IMG/VR virus record: IMGVR_UViG_3300035698_022190
Coordinates: 124,001-188,000 of that record
Direction: 5' to 3' (one strand)
DNA length: 64,000 bases
Below, piece after piece: positions 33,418 through 44,266 of this stretch. The notes under the pieces are model-generated. The model was not told the origin of the DNA, ran no database searches, and saw only the letters and a program-made list of their open reading frames with translations. Position numbers and translations under genes: made by a program. Numbering within the stretch: the first letter of the stretch is position 1; every line of letters starts with the position of its first letter.

Positions 33418-35598
33418 ATGAATAACTTATTTCTAGACAATGTTGAGTTTGAAAAGATCGGGGAGCTGATATACTTAGACAAAGATTCAACTAAGTGGAT
33501 TAAAACAATAGTAGGTGCATTCTTGGAACAATACCCAATGATGCAAGACTTGCCTATTACCCTTTCTTGGAAAAAGAAAGATACTAATAAGGGTTACGGC
33601 GTTGGTACACTAAACATAGCAGGAGCACAGGTTCCCGTTATTGCAAACCAATGGCAGGTATCACCTTTTGATATCATTCTTGTTTCTGGACAAACATATC
33701 CATTAAACACAGACATCTTACAAACTTTAATGACTGAGGCTTCACCTTTTAAAGGTGTTGCTGGGTCTGGAAAGAAACAATCTATGGCTATCTTTGGAGA
33801 ACAGCTACAGATTTCACCACAAGATGTAGGACAAACACCTATTAAATATGCGTCAGCCAATTCTTTTATTGATGCGATAGAAAATGTAGATAAGCAGGCC
33901 GTTATAAATATTCTTAGAACTGTACAAGATAATCCTACAATTAAGCAAGGCTTTGTTGATAATGACACATATGACATAATTGAGAAAATAGCTACAAAGA
34001 AGGTAACTGACTTACAATCAACGGTGGACACATTTACTCGTGGATTAGAGATGGATCGCCAATTTGTAGCCTCAGATGCTTATGGCAATAAAATTTTAAA
34101 GCAAGCTAATTCAGCAGTGGATGTGACATGGGATACATCCATTACTCCAGCCGAGGGTGAAACTTATGAATTGAAAACAGCTACACTACCAGAGATTGAA
34201 GATGTTAAGGTTAAAAAACCTGTCGCTATCTTTGGAACGGATACAGACACAGTCTTGCATATATATGAAGACAGATCATGGGAAATAAAAGAAGCAGAAT
34301 TAAATGAAGAGCTGGAGAGTACACTTGAAAGTGATCAGCCACACACCGGTGACTTCGGAGTTTGGGCACTACATAATAAGGTAACTGCTCCTTTTGAGGT
34401 TTCTCGTATTTACAAAACAGCTGAAGTTGATGCTGTAAATAAATATCATATTACAGATTCAGATGACTCTCTATATTTAACAAAAGAGGGTGAATGGTTC
34501 AGAACACAGGAAGAGCGCGAACAGCCACTAACATCTAATTTTGAAGCTGAAGGTGTCGACCCCAAAGTTCATGACTTTGGTGTATGGATCACTAACGATA
34601 ATGTTACTGAGCCTTTTGAAATAGTTTCAATGGAAAAGATTGCTGAAATTGGTCAGTGGGAAATCACCGGACATTCAGGTCTAAAGATGACACGTTACTA
34701 TCCCATTCGTACCAAGTCGGAAGAATTAGTAGAGAAAGAAAAAAATGCATACTACGTACCAGGAAATGCTAAATTTGTCAAACTAGGTGCTCAGGTAACT
34801 GAGGCTGATACTGCAGATGTATATAAACAAGCAGCGGAACTAGCAGCTGAAACTAGCGCTGTGTGTATTGAAGGAACAGCTGATTTTCGCAAAGTTTCTT
34901 ATTATCTTGAAAAAGATTGTGAGAATAAATCCTTTGTGAATCATCAAATGTATCTGGATGCAAAAGTCGTACCTGAAAAGGCAAGGTTCATTAAATTAGG
35001 CGAAAAAGCCACATATAAATTGCCCAATAGAATAAAAGAAAATGTACACAATATCCATAAAGATTCTGCAGGGCTATACAGATTAAGTGGTAGAGAGTTT
35101 GATAAATATGCAGATAAACACGAAACTCGTGATCTGAACCATGATAGTGCTTTTTGGGCAATGGTTCACTGTGGAGTAGCCAAAGAAGATCTTCGTAAAA
35201 TAGCATCAATGCACAATGGAGAGACTATTGCGTTGATATCTAACCCAAAAGCTCCATTATCTGTAAAAGATGTGGTTGGCGCAGTAGAACGCAATTATGA
35301 AAAGCATGCAGAAACTATTGGTAAGCTAAAGATCAATTTAGTGAAGGAAGCTTCTGTGTTAAATAATAAAGGTAGTGTAGATGCTGTATTATCTTTAGGA
35401 TTACTAAAGAAAAGTAATGCATTAGAATATTCTAACCTTGTACCTCAATATGAGAGTGTAATGTCAGATATGGCAAAATTACTATTAGCCACACGTCTGG
35501 GAATGCAGCAAGTTCCAGAGGAAGCAGTAAAGACGGCTATGTTATCTCTAGCTGATGTAGTGGCGGTATTAAAACAAATTGGAGCCGTAAATAAATAA
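33418..35598 (+). CDS. Large (726 aa) probable virion protein
   Basis: Long uninterrupted ORF in the structural block, with an internal repeat (DFGVWA/DFGVWI...PFEV/PFEI) and several KxA motifs. All 10 Trp codons are TGG. Confidence 0.6.
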   Translation: MNNLFLDNVEFEKIGELIYLDKDSTKWIKTIVGAFLEQYPMMQDLPITLSWKKKDTNKGYGVGTLNIAGAQVPVIANQWQVSPFDIILVSGQTYPLNTDILQTLMTEASPFKGVAGSGKKQSMAIFGEQLQISPQDVGQTPIKYASANSFIDAIENVDKQAVINILRTVQDNPTIKQGFVDNDTYDIIEKIATKKVTDLQSTVDTFTRGLEMDRQFVASDAYGNKILKQANSAVDVTWDTSITPAEGETYELKTATLPEIEDVKVKKPVAIFGTDTDTVLHIYEDRSWEIKEAELNEELESTLESDQPHTGDFGVWALHNKVTAPFEVSRIYKTAEVDAVNKYHITDSDDSLYLTKEGEWFRTQEEREQPLTSNFEAEGVDPKVHDFGVWITNDNVTEPFEIVSMEKIAEIGQWEITGHSGLKMTRYYPIRTKSEELVEKEKNAYYVPGNAKFVKLGAQVTEADTADVYKQAAELAAETSAVCIEGTADFRKVSYYLEKDCENKSFVNHQMYLDAKVVPEKARFIKLGEKATYKLPNRIKENVHNIHKDSAGLYRLSGREFDKYADKHETRDLNHDSAFWAMVHCGVAKEDLRKIASMHNGETIALISNPKAPLSVKDVVGAVERNYEKHAETIGKLKINLVKEASVLNNKGSVDAVLSLGLLKKSNALEYSNLVPQYESVMSDMAKLLLATRLGMQQVPEEAVKTAMLSLADVVAVLKQIGAVNK

Positions 35599-36063
35599 CG
35601 GAAATATTATGAGTGAATATACAGTATACAGTAAATCAGCTACGCGTTTAAATTCTTTAGACTTAAACATAACTTATATGAGTAGCCCGGGATATACTAC
35701 TAGTGGGTTACTTGAACCTGACACTTATGTTACTGAATACTCTGGTAATGTAGTAGCTACCTTCGATACTAATCTAGAAAGAGAGAATTTAACTATCCGA
35801 AAAGATTTAATGCCATTTCTTACATCGGCAGAGAAAGCAGGGATAGTTGCTATTATAACACGACTAAAGACATTAGCCGAAGGAACTATAGACAATGGGT
35901 AAATTCTTTAAAAAAGTCTGGGATAACGTTAGTGCCAAGAAAGTCTAGCCAATATGAACCAGGATCTGCGCAGAGAGACAGAATTTCAGAATCTTCTTCA
36001 TTTTACTTAAATTAATTAAGCAAATTAACCAATATACCTAAAATATTTAAGCACACACAAAAT

Positions 36064-36411
36064 ATGGCAAAACTTAATGCTAACCCTCCTCTAACAATAT
36101 CAAAAGAGGCACATCAGGTTATAGAATCCACCCGATTGAACGCTCACAAGAAGAAAAGTGATTTTTTGCGTGTTAAGGCTACTGTTAGACCTGACACACC
36201 CACAGTATCCTTCGATATGTTCTTCGATGATGTACTTATGAAGGGAGATATGGCATATAAGACAGAGGGAACAAAACTTTTGTTGGATAATGACACTGCA
36301 TACTTACTTGTAGGGTCAAAGCTAGTCCAACTAGACTCAGGAGAGTTAAAATTCGTACATTTAGACACCACAGCATGCTTTGACATGACAGATACACCCA
36401 TTATGAACTAG
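36064..36411 (+). CDS. HesB/IscA-fold protein lacking the canonical cysteines
   Basis: LTISKEA...FLRVKA...FDD...EGTKLLLD...LLVGSKL follows the A-type carrier pattern, but CSG and CGCG are absent. Confidence 0.55.
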   Translation: MAKLNANPPLTISKEAHQVIESTRLNAHKKKSDFLRVKATVRPDTPTVSFDMFFDDVLMKGDMAYKTEGTKLLLDNDTAYLLVGSKLVQLDSGELKFVHLDTTACFDMTDTPIMN

Positions 36412-36524
36412 ACACAGACAACATATTCCTTCATAAGGCCTAGACCTAATAAGTTTAGGCCTTTCTGTATCTAGACCTTACTATATTAGGCAAATACCCA
36501 AGTTTTTCACGGAACAACAACCCA

Positions 36525-36735
36525 AGCCTCCGGCTTCGGCCTTCGGCCTCCGCCTCGGACGGTAAAGCACCGTCCTCGGACTGCCTACGGCACCGGGGGA
36601 CCGTCGCGTGTGTGCAATGTGCGCAATGTGCGCTGTTGAGCGGGTGTGTGCTGTTGAGCGGGTGTTTTACCCGCGAGAGTTTTTCGAGCTGTTGCGAGCT
36701 GTATGTGCGAGCTGTGTTTTACAGCGAAGCTTGGG
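36525..36735. repeat. GC-rich short-repeat and hairpin region at a convergent gene junction
   Basis: CTTCGGC tandem, GCTGTTGAGCGGGTGT x2, CGAGCTGT x3, and TGTGC(G)CAA repeats. Confidence 0.7.
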
Positions 36736-37068
36736 TTTTATGGTGCTTATGGGCAACATTAATTGCCAATATGACGCATAACAGTGCTTATAGCCAACAT
36801 GCTAATAACCAATATATGGCCGGTTACGTCATGATATAGGCCTTAACAACCAATAAATTACCTATTAACAATCCAAACTTTTCGACAAGGATGTAGGGTC
36901 CCCTATCGGCCCCCCATAGAGTACCTAGATGTGGCCGACAAAATTACCAGGGTACTTGGTATCGCAATCTGTGATCTCAAATTTTTTTAATTTAAATTTC
37001 ACAAAGGTCTCTATAGAAATTTTTAAGCTAAAGAAAAGGCTTCTTAAAATAAGCCCTTTCTATAAATG

Positions 37069-37575
37069 CTATAGAAATTCCATTTTTGTTTGTACTGATT
37101 TGAAACGGTTCCCCAGTACTTGTGCTAGCCATATTCTATTACTGAAGAATTGGTATTCATTATAAACAATATAATCCACATCTATATTTCCAAGACGTTG
37201 CGCAGCCTCTACAAACATACCAGCAACTTCAAAAATATCATCTGTAGGGATGGCTGCCCCTGTAACATATTGTCCAATTAGTAGTACACGATCACCGGGT
37301 TGGTGCATATCTTCTACAATGCGGCGTATCTCGGGCACGCAACAGCTGTCCAGATGGAAGTTACCCAGGGTACCACATTCAACTCCCTTTCCCATTTTTC
37401 GAGCAACAAGAGTGGCTACAGTATCTTCGGCGAAATCCGGCTCAGTAAAACGTCTGTGTAAAAAATGACGCACAGCCTTTTCTGGCGTAAGTGAAGTTTC
37501 TCCCTCAAAGGAAGCTAGTAATGGCACATTTAGATCTAAAGCTTGTACAAATCCATGTAATTCTTGAGGATTCAT
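37069..37575 (-). CDS. Hypothetical protein
   Basis: 168-aa ORF with an AAGGAG RBS and an upstream GGTATAAGAA motif. Confidence 0.7.
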   Translation of the reverse strand: MNPQELHGFVQALDLNVPLLASFEGETSLTPEKAVRHFLHRRFTEPDFAEDTVATLVARKMGKGVECGTLGNFHLDSCCVPEIRRIVEDMHQPGDRVLLIGQYVTGAAIPTDDIFEVAGMFVEAAQRLGNIDVDYIVYNEYQFFSNRIWLAQVLGNRFKSVQTKMEFL

Positions 37576-37697
37576 TTTTTGTCTCCTTTTATTTAGTTAG
37601 TAAATTAAGTTACTGTTCTTATACCTAATTTTTTTAAGATTTTGAAGTTGCCCTTTTGATTTTTTTACCTTATATTTAAACATAACCATAAAATTAT

Positions 37698-39050
37698 ATG
37701 CCTGAATCATTTGATCTTTTTAAAAAAGAAGTCACAGAATGGCTTCTAGACAACGTTCCACAAAATGCTCGAATCCTTGATGTAGGTCCTGGTAAAGGAA
37801 CCTATAGTCAGCTCCTTAAACCATATGGCTATCGCCTAGATTGTGTAGAAATATGGCAACCTTACATAGACAAGTATGAGCTATCCAGCCAATACGATCA
37901 TGTATATAATCAAGATATAATGGATTTTGAGGGCCTAGCTTTATATGATTTCATAATTCTAGGGGACGTCCTTGAACACATACCTACGATGCAGGCACAG
38001 CAACTTATAAATAGTATAATTCAGAAAGGTATAGGATGTCTTGTAGCGGTACCATATAGTATGGAACAGGGAGAATACGATGGCAATATTTATGAGACAC
38101 ACCATCAACCAGATTTAACAGAAGATGTTATGAACTATAGATATCCGAGCTTGACGCTTATATATGGTAATCAGTACTACGCATACTACACTAACAAATC
38201 TTGGAAATATGAAAAGGCATACGTACTCTTTACAACTGAGTCCTACTCTGATCTGGCTGATATATGTTGCCAATCAATTCGGGCTGTTAGCAAACACCCT
38301 ATACTTGTATATATGGCAAATTCTGATAAACAACTGGCGTCAGCTACCGAAACTATTCGGTGGGATTGTGATGCTAAAATTTTAGTTAATCGAGATGATT
38401 TTATACATCGTCGAGATAAAAATATATATTTACTTCTGAAAGAAAGACCTTCAATAATGTTAGATGCTTTAAAGCGAACTGAGGTTGCAGCATATGTTGA
38501 TACGGACTCTATTGCTAGTAAGCATGCGGATAGAATGTTTGCTTTTTATGATCCAACAGAGGCTTACCCCCATTTTACTAAAGGGATTTATGAGTTTCTG
38601 ATGGTTGATGGAAAAGGCGGGGTTGAGAATAGAGATGAACTTCACAAATCCTTAGAACATAATGCGTGTGATTTGTTTTCTATAGATCAAAGCACACGAA
38701 AAGATTATAGACAAACAGGTTATTTTGTGTGTGGACAAAATACTACAGGCTTTCTTAAGGAGTGGTATTGGATGTGCCTACACCCGACAATTTTGGGAAA
38801 TACTTTTAAGTATTGTCCTTTTCATGAAGAGACCATCGTAAATGTCTTATTATGGAAATATGACCTCACGTGCGGGCTCCCCTTAGTTTATGTAAACGGA
38901 CTCCATAAGGATCTTACTTTTAATGGACAAGAACAGCTTTTAGAGGACTGGGTAAAGATTCCAACGCATGAGGAAAATTTACTATTCTACCATGGCGAAA
39001 AAGATATAAAGAAATTAAAGAAATTTCTGCAATATTTGAGGACTTTTTAA
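37698..39050 (+). CDS. SAM-dependent methyltransferase fused to a glycosyltransferase-like domain
   Basis: ILDVGPGKG and DFIILGDVLEHI (class I MTase). The C-terminal part has a DxD (YVDTDS) and EETIVNVLLW. Confidence 0.8.
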   Translation: MPESFDLFKKEVTEWLLDNVPQNARILDVGPGKGTYSQLLKPYGYRLDCVEIWQPYIDKYELSSQYDHVYNQDIMDFEGLALYDFIILGDVLEHIPTMQAQQLINSIIQKGIGCLVAVPYSMEQGEYDGNIYETHHQPDLTEDVMNYRYPSLTLIYGNQYYAYYTNKSWKYEKAYVLFTTESYSDLADICCQSIRAVSKHPILVYMANSDKQLASATETIRWDCDAKILVNRDDFIHRRDKNIYLLLKERPSIMLDALKRTEVAAYVDTDSIASKHADRMFAFYDPTEAYPHFTKGIYEFLMVDGKGGVENRDELHKSLEHNACDLFSIDQSTRKDYRQTGYFVCGQNTTGFLKEWYWMCLHPTILGNTFKYCPFHEETIVNVLLWKYDLTCGLPLVYVNGLHKDLTFNGQEQLLEDWVKIPTHEENLLFYHGEKDIKKLKKFLQYLRTF

Positions 39051-39087
39051 TAGTTGCTATTCTGGGTTTTTTTAGTTATATTTAAAC

Positions 39088-39696
39088 ATGAGTTATATAC
39101 TACCAAAACACGAATCCATCTTTATTCATATTCCGAAAACAGGTGGAGGAGCAATCAAAAGATGGCTTGCATCGGAACTTCCGGGTATCCAAGTGCAAAA
39201 CCATGATACACCAGAATCACTGGTACGGTATCAAAAAGTAAGTAGAGATCTCGTTGCAGAATATTGGACGTGGGGAGTAATAAGAGACCCTTGGGCACGA
39301 TTTGTTTCAGCCTGGACCTCTCGAAGTAGCACCCCAAATTTGGAGAGATATAAAAGAGGAGACACTTTTGAAGAACATCTTCTTAGTTGTTATGAAACTC
39401 CTATGGACGAACTAATTCGGTTCGACATAATCCTAAAACCACAAATTGACTATATACGTTCTTTAGAGGATTCAAGCCTAGATATGGACTTTCTTATCAA
39501 TCATGAGAATTTTACAAAAGGTTTGAAAAAGGTAACCGATCACTTAGACATACCATTTCCAGTATTACCGAAATATAATGTTTCCGCCGATCCGGATAAA
39601 CACTTTAGTACATATTACACCCCTGAAACCAGAGACATGATTGCAGAGATGTATGCTGAAGATATAGAATACGGAAAGTATACTTTCGAAATTTAA
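39088..39696 (+). CDS. Sulfotransferase family 2 protein
   Basis: PAPS-binding motifs FIHIPKTGG and RDPWARFVS, and a C-terminal YAEDIEYGKY. Confidence 0.92.
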   Translation: MSYILPKHESIFIHIPKTGGGAIKRWLASELPGIQVQNHDTPESLVRYQKVSRDLVAEYWTWGVIRDPWARFVSAWTSRSSTPNLERYKRGDTFEEHLLSCYETPMDELIRFDIILKPQIDYIRSLEDSSLDMDFLINHENFTKGLKKVTDHLDIPFPVLPKYNVSADPDKHFSTYYTPETRDMIAEMYAEDIEYGKYTFEI

Positions 39697-39734
39697 AATA
39701 AAAAAAGGGAACTAATACTTCCCTTTTTTCTTCT

Positions 39735-40355
39735 ATGCCTTTTATAATGCCAAAACAAAAAGCAATCTTTCACCACATACCAAAGACAGGTGGAACTAGT
39801 ATTCGTGCATACCTAGAAAATTATACCCATGGCAAAGATGTATATCGTCACAGACCCCCGAGCAAATGTATAGAAGATGGGCGTATCCATCCAAAATGGT
39901 TTTTCGAATCTTTTAAATTTGCCTTTGTCAGAAACCCATTTGCGCGGGCCGTATCAGTCTGGGAATTTCGAGGACGAACGGATATTAAACGTCGGCACAA
40001 CTGCGCAACTTTTGAGGAATTTATAAAATACTATTACCCACATATGCCACTACAAGATTGGGATCCAGTAGAAGCAACTATGTGCCCACAACATCATTTT
40101 GTGATTAATAAAAAAGATTCTCGCCTAAGTATGGATTTTGTGGGATATTATGAAAATTTACAGAAACACTTTAATAAGGTCTGTACCCGCTTGAAACTTC
40201 CTGTAGGAACTTTAGAACACCGCAATAAAGCCTGGTCTTTAAAAAAGTATCCCCATTACAGTACCTATTACACTACAGAACTAAAACAAATGGTTACGGA
40301 AATGTACGAAGAAGATCTAGATACTTTTAAGTACACCTTTGAAAATTTAAGTTAA
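39735..40355 (+). CDS. Sulfotransferase family 2 protein (tandem paralog)
   Basis: FHHIPKTGGTS, RNPFARAVS and YEEDLDTFKY. Confidence 0.92.
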   Translation: MPFIMPKQKAIFHHIPKTGGTSIRAYLENYTHGKDVYRHRPPSKCIEDGRIHPKWFFESFKFAFVRNPFARAVSVWEFRGRTDIKRRHNCATFEEFIKYYYPHMPLQDWDPVEATMCPQHHFVINKKDSRLSMDFVGYYENLQKHFNKVCTRLKLPVGTLEHRNKAWSLKKYPHYSTYYTTELKQMVTEMYEEDLDTFKYTFENLS

Positions 40356-40801
40356 AAGAAGGGTTAACCCTTCTTTATATTTTACCTACCATTGTTCGTG
40401 AGCGTGCTCTTCTGCGTAACGCATTAGTTCTTCATCAGGCCATTTGTCCATTTGTGAAAAGCGTTGCTCTTTTAATCTTTTAAGCTCTTGCTCCTCTAAA
40501 ATAACTTCAAGCGCATCTCGGGTTGACATACTATGGCTAAGTATGTGTAGGTCTTCATAAACTTTGGGATAGCTATAATCAATATTAGCATTCAATATGT
40601 GGATAGCATGTGTATCGCTAAACAATTGAGGCCCATAATTTATGAGTAGCAAGGTAAGGAAAAGGCTGCCTATAAAAGCAACCCCAAAATGTTTTCCCTT
40701 TATCGATTTGTCCATAAGTTTTAATCTCCTTTAATTATATTTCTTATACCTTTTTCGGTATTAAAACTTGCTTTTAATACCTTTAAACGCTATATTTAAG
40801 T

Positions 40802-41464
40802 ATGATAAATAAAAAATTTCGAGAAAATTACTTTCAGAATATAAACACTCAGAACAAGGGCTATCATCTTGGCTGGATGTATGCAGATGGAAATGTAGCA
40901 GCAACGAGTAATCAAATAGGTTTTACTATAAACCCTAAAGATATAGAACAAGTTGAAAAATTTAAGGCTGATATGGCTATTTCAAATAATCCAACTTTTC
41001 ATCGTAAAGATGACAAATATGATATGGTAAGTTTTCATTTTAGTAGTAAAATTATGCGTGGAGATTTAATTAAATTGGGGTGTACTCCAAAGAAAAGTCT
41101 TACGCTTCAAGCACCCATAGATATGGATCCCCGACTTAGGCGGCACAATATTAGAGGTTATTTTGACGGAGATGGGTCAATAGGATATATGGGCAAGAAT
41201 AAACAGCCCCAGGTAACTTTTGTCGGTACGGAGAAAATGCTAAAATGGATTCAAAATGAATTACCGGTACCCTCACACATTTATGCTTTTACCCATGCTC
41301 ATGTAAATACACGCAGACTTGTTGTTACTAAACAGAAAGATGTTATAGATTTATATGACTATTTATATAAAGGAGAAACACGTTCTCTATCTCGAAAGAA
41401 AAGTAAGTTCGCAGAAATTAAGACCGACTTACAAGCTCGACACCGTAACAAGAAAAATTCTTAA
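40802..41464 (+). CDS. Free-standing double-motif LAGLIDADG homing endonuclease
   Basis: YHLGWMYADGNV and IRGYFDGDGSI motifs, flanked by its own promoter and terminator. Confidence 0.9.
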   Translation: MINKKFRENYFQNINTQNKGYHLGWMYADGNVAATSNQIGFTINPKDIEQVEKFKADMAISNNPTFHRKDDKYDMVSFHFSSKIMRGDLIKLGCTPKKSLTLQAPIDMDPRLRRHNIRGYFDGDGSIGYMGKNKQPQVTFVGTEKMLKWIQNELPVPSHIYAFTHAHVNTRRLVVTKQKDVIDLYDYLYKGETRSLSRKKSKFAEIKTDLQARHRNKKNS

Positions 41465-41605
41465 TATAAAAAGAGGCTTTAATCGGCCTCTTTTTTTTGT
41501 CTTTTCAATGAAGACATGCATTGTCCACCCAAGTTATAACTGCTGCAAAGATTAAAATTAATACACCAATTATGTAGGGCCTACGTTTTGGAATCGACCA
41601 AAGTT

Positions 41606-42531
41606 TCAACTATCTACCCAAGTAATCTCAGTAGGATCCGGTTTAACAACAATAATTATAGTGCTTTTCTTTATCAAGTTGCCCCATAAGAAACTTTTTT
41701 GTTGTTCCTGTTTTTTACTCACTTTATAATTGTAACTGTCTACCCTTTCATGTAAGCTGCGAAGGGTAGTGGTCATAAACTGATCAGTCGAATCCACTGC
41801 GGGTGTAAACAACACCCAATGTGCTGAATCTGGTTCGAATAGCATCGAATCGTCGTAACTGCTTTCTATACTCATGAACTCCATAGCTAGGTTATTATCG
41901 CTAACGTTTGATAGTCCCGAAACACCTAGTACAGTAAAACTACTTACGATTAACGCTATTAGTAACACAAACTCAAAACCAAAGAACCCCTTGCTCCACG
42001 ATCTAGGTTTGTCAAACATTGCAGCACCTGCCGAGTTATCGGTTACAAATCTATATATCCACAATAGTGTTGCAAAGCTCATAATGACAAATAGTGTAGT
42101 TAATATCATGTTAATTTCCTTTTTCTAGTTTGTTAATATCGATAAAGTCGTATTGACCTTGTGGACCAATTTGCTGAGGATAGGTCTACCGTGTCTCTGT
42201 CTATCCTTCGAACGGCCACTGCTTCCCGCATAGTATTGTCGTTTGTAGTAAGGGTGAATATATAATCACCAGCGCTATGGGACTTCCATGTTCCTTTTTT
42301 ACATACAGGTACATCACAATATACGTTTTGCCAGAAACCTCTATCATCTATAATGATTTTGGTTTCCCAACTAATTGGTTCTGACATGGCGTAAAAAGTC
42401 ATGGTTGGATATCCCACACGATCGGGATTAGCATACCATGAACCTATTAAATAGTTCTCTATGTCTTGGCCAAACAGTGGTACTAACATTATTGTCAGTA
42501 GTACAGTAAAAAACATTTTTTTGTTTTTCAT
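41606..42531 (-). CDS. Membrane protein (41606-42109) and secreted protein (42133-42531)
   Basis: Hydrophobic N-termini, and a signal peptide in the second ORF. Confidence 0.65.
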
Positions 42532-42656
42532 GTGTTTCCTTTTTTTTTAATTAGATTATCATACAATTCTTATACCTCAAAAACACCTTCAAAACTTAAG
42601 CTAAAAAAGTGCTTAAGTAAACTTAAGCTAAAAGAAGACCGAAGTCTTCTTTGTGT

Positions 42657-42941
42657 TTACGGAGCTATATTCCTATTTAGCTCAGGCAAATCCCTGATAT
42701 GAATCTTTTGATACATTTTTTTAAGCTCTGCGCGCTTAACGGGAGCAGTGCCGACCCAGGGATGACTGGTTAAGTGCCAATGCTGACAATACTTGCACCA
42801 GTAGTAAAATAAGAAATGTGTATGTAGTTCACCGTTTCTTGTTTGATAAAAAATGGCGTCCTTTGCATCTTTTCTATTTCTATACTTTACTTTTGTGCAA
42901 GTGTCAGTTATTTTTTTAGGAATATAATTTTTTGTAATCAT
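42657..42941 (-). CDS. YxCxxCxxWHLTS zinc-ribbon phage protein (paralog 1)
   Basis: YYWCKYCQHWHLTS motif. Confidence 0.75.
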   Translation of the reverse strand: MITKNYIPKKITDTCTKVKYRNRKDAKDAIFYQTRNGELHTHFLFYYWCKYCQHWHLTSHPWVGTAPVKRAELKKMYQKIHIRDLPELNRNIAP

Positions 42942-43069
42942 AGTATTCCTCTTTTAGTTAATTAAAAATTACTTACATATTACTTATACCAATTCTTAAC
43001 CTAAAAGAGCGCTTAAATAAATTTAAGCTAAAAGAAAGACCAAGGCCTTTCTTTTTTTAGTAAACCTGC

Positions 43070-43513
43070 TTACAGAATGCCAGTATCACTGAAGCTGTAG
43101 TAACCATTCTTACCGGCTATTATGATATGATCATGTAGCATAACATCAATTGCTCTGCAAGTAATTGCAATTCTTGTTGTAGCATTAATATCATCCTGAG
43201 AAGGTTCGGTTGAATTGCTTGGATGGTTGTGTCCAACTATTATAGCGGCTGCATCTAGTTCTAGAGCTCTCTTGGCTATTTCTCTTGATGAAATAACAAT
43301 AGAGGTTAAACTTCCTTTGAACATTACTTGACTAGTAATGATACGATTTTTAGCATCAAGAAAGATAACTGCAAATTGTTCTATATTTGTATCGCCGGAT
43401 AGCACAACTCTTAAGTGCTTAGATGTATCTCGAGATCCTACCAACTTATCGCCATGTAGCTTAAAAACTCTTTCTGGATTATCTTGAGGTAACGATTGAA
43501 TATGTTGTTGCAT
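43070..43513 (-). CDS. RadC-like JAB/MPN domain protein
   Basis: EQFAVIFLD, HNHPS...PSQDD and LHDHIII. Confidence 0.93.
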   Translation of the reverse strand: MQQHIQSLPQDNPERVFKLHGDKLVGSRDTSKHLRVVLSGDTNIEQFAVIFLDAKNRIITSQVMFKGSLTSIVISSREIAKRALELDAAAIIVGHNHPSNSTEPSQDDINATTRIAITCRAIDVMLHDHIIIAGKNGYYSFSDTGIL

Positions 43514-43994
43514 GTTAACTCCTTATTTAGTTATTCTTCTTATACCTAAAAACCTCCCCAAAAGCTTCTCAAAACCTATTAATTTTTAAGCTAAAAAGCT
43601 CTTATTAAAAAACTAGCAGGGTAGCTTATACTTCCTACCCTGCTCTCGGTTTGAATAAACATGAAAATTTTATTTTTAAAATGAGCAGGGCGGATATTGT
43701 GGTCTACCCTGCTCGGTAACTAGTAAAAAACATTTTTGTTTTTCTTAGCTTCGTTAGTTGTCCTAGTAGTGAATTAACTGTATGACAGTTCTAGCTAGCC
43801 CCCGTGTAAACAAAACTGTTTTTTCGTCGTTAAATTTTATCTGCGTCTTCCGCCACGTCCGTTGCCATGCCCGTCTTTACGATTTGGCTTGTCGTCGCCT
43901 TTTTTACCAGTGCGTGGATTATCTCCACAGTCGCCTTTTTTAGGCGTTTCTTTTTTGTCTGCCATGTTTATAGCGTCCTTTTTTTATTGATTGA

Positions 43995-44231
43995 TTACAG
44001 TCCTCTTTTTCTTTTTCTTTTCATTGTAGGCTGCTTGGTATGGTGATAGTTATTTTTTTCCCTTTCTGGGCTTCCCCATGGGACTGATGTTAAATGCCAC
44101 AATCCGCAGTGTTTGCAATGATAAAAAAACATTTTTATTCGTCTTTCACTCCTATGAGCGTTGTTGTGTTGAAAAAGAATGGTAGCCTGCTTAGCCTTTC
44201 CAGCTGAGTTGTATGGTATCTTATAGCACAT
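43995..44231 (-). CDS. YxCxxCxxWHLTS zinc-ribbon phage protein (paralog 2)
   Basis: FYHCKHCGLWHLTS motif. Confidence 0.75.
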   Translation of the reverse strand: MCYKIPYNSAGKAKQATILFQHNNAHRSERRIKMFFYHCKHCGLWHLTSVPWGSPEREKNNYHHTKQPTMKRKRKRGL

Positions 44232-44266
44232 TTTACTTCCTTTCTTTTAAAAAACGTTTTTGTTGT

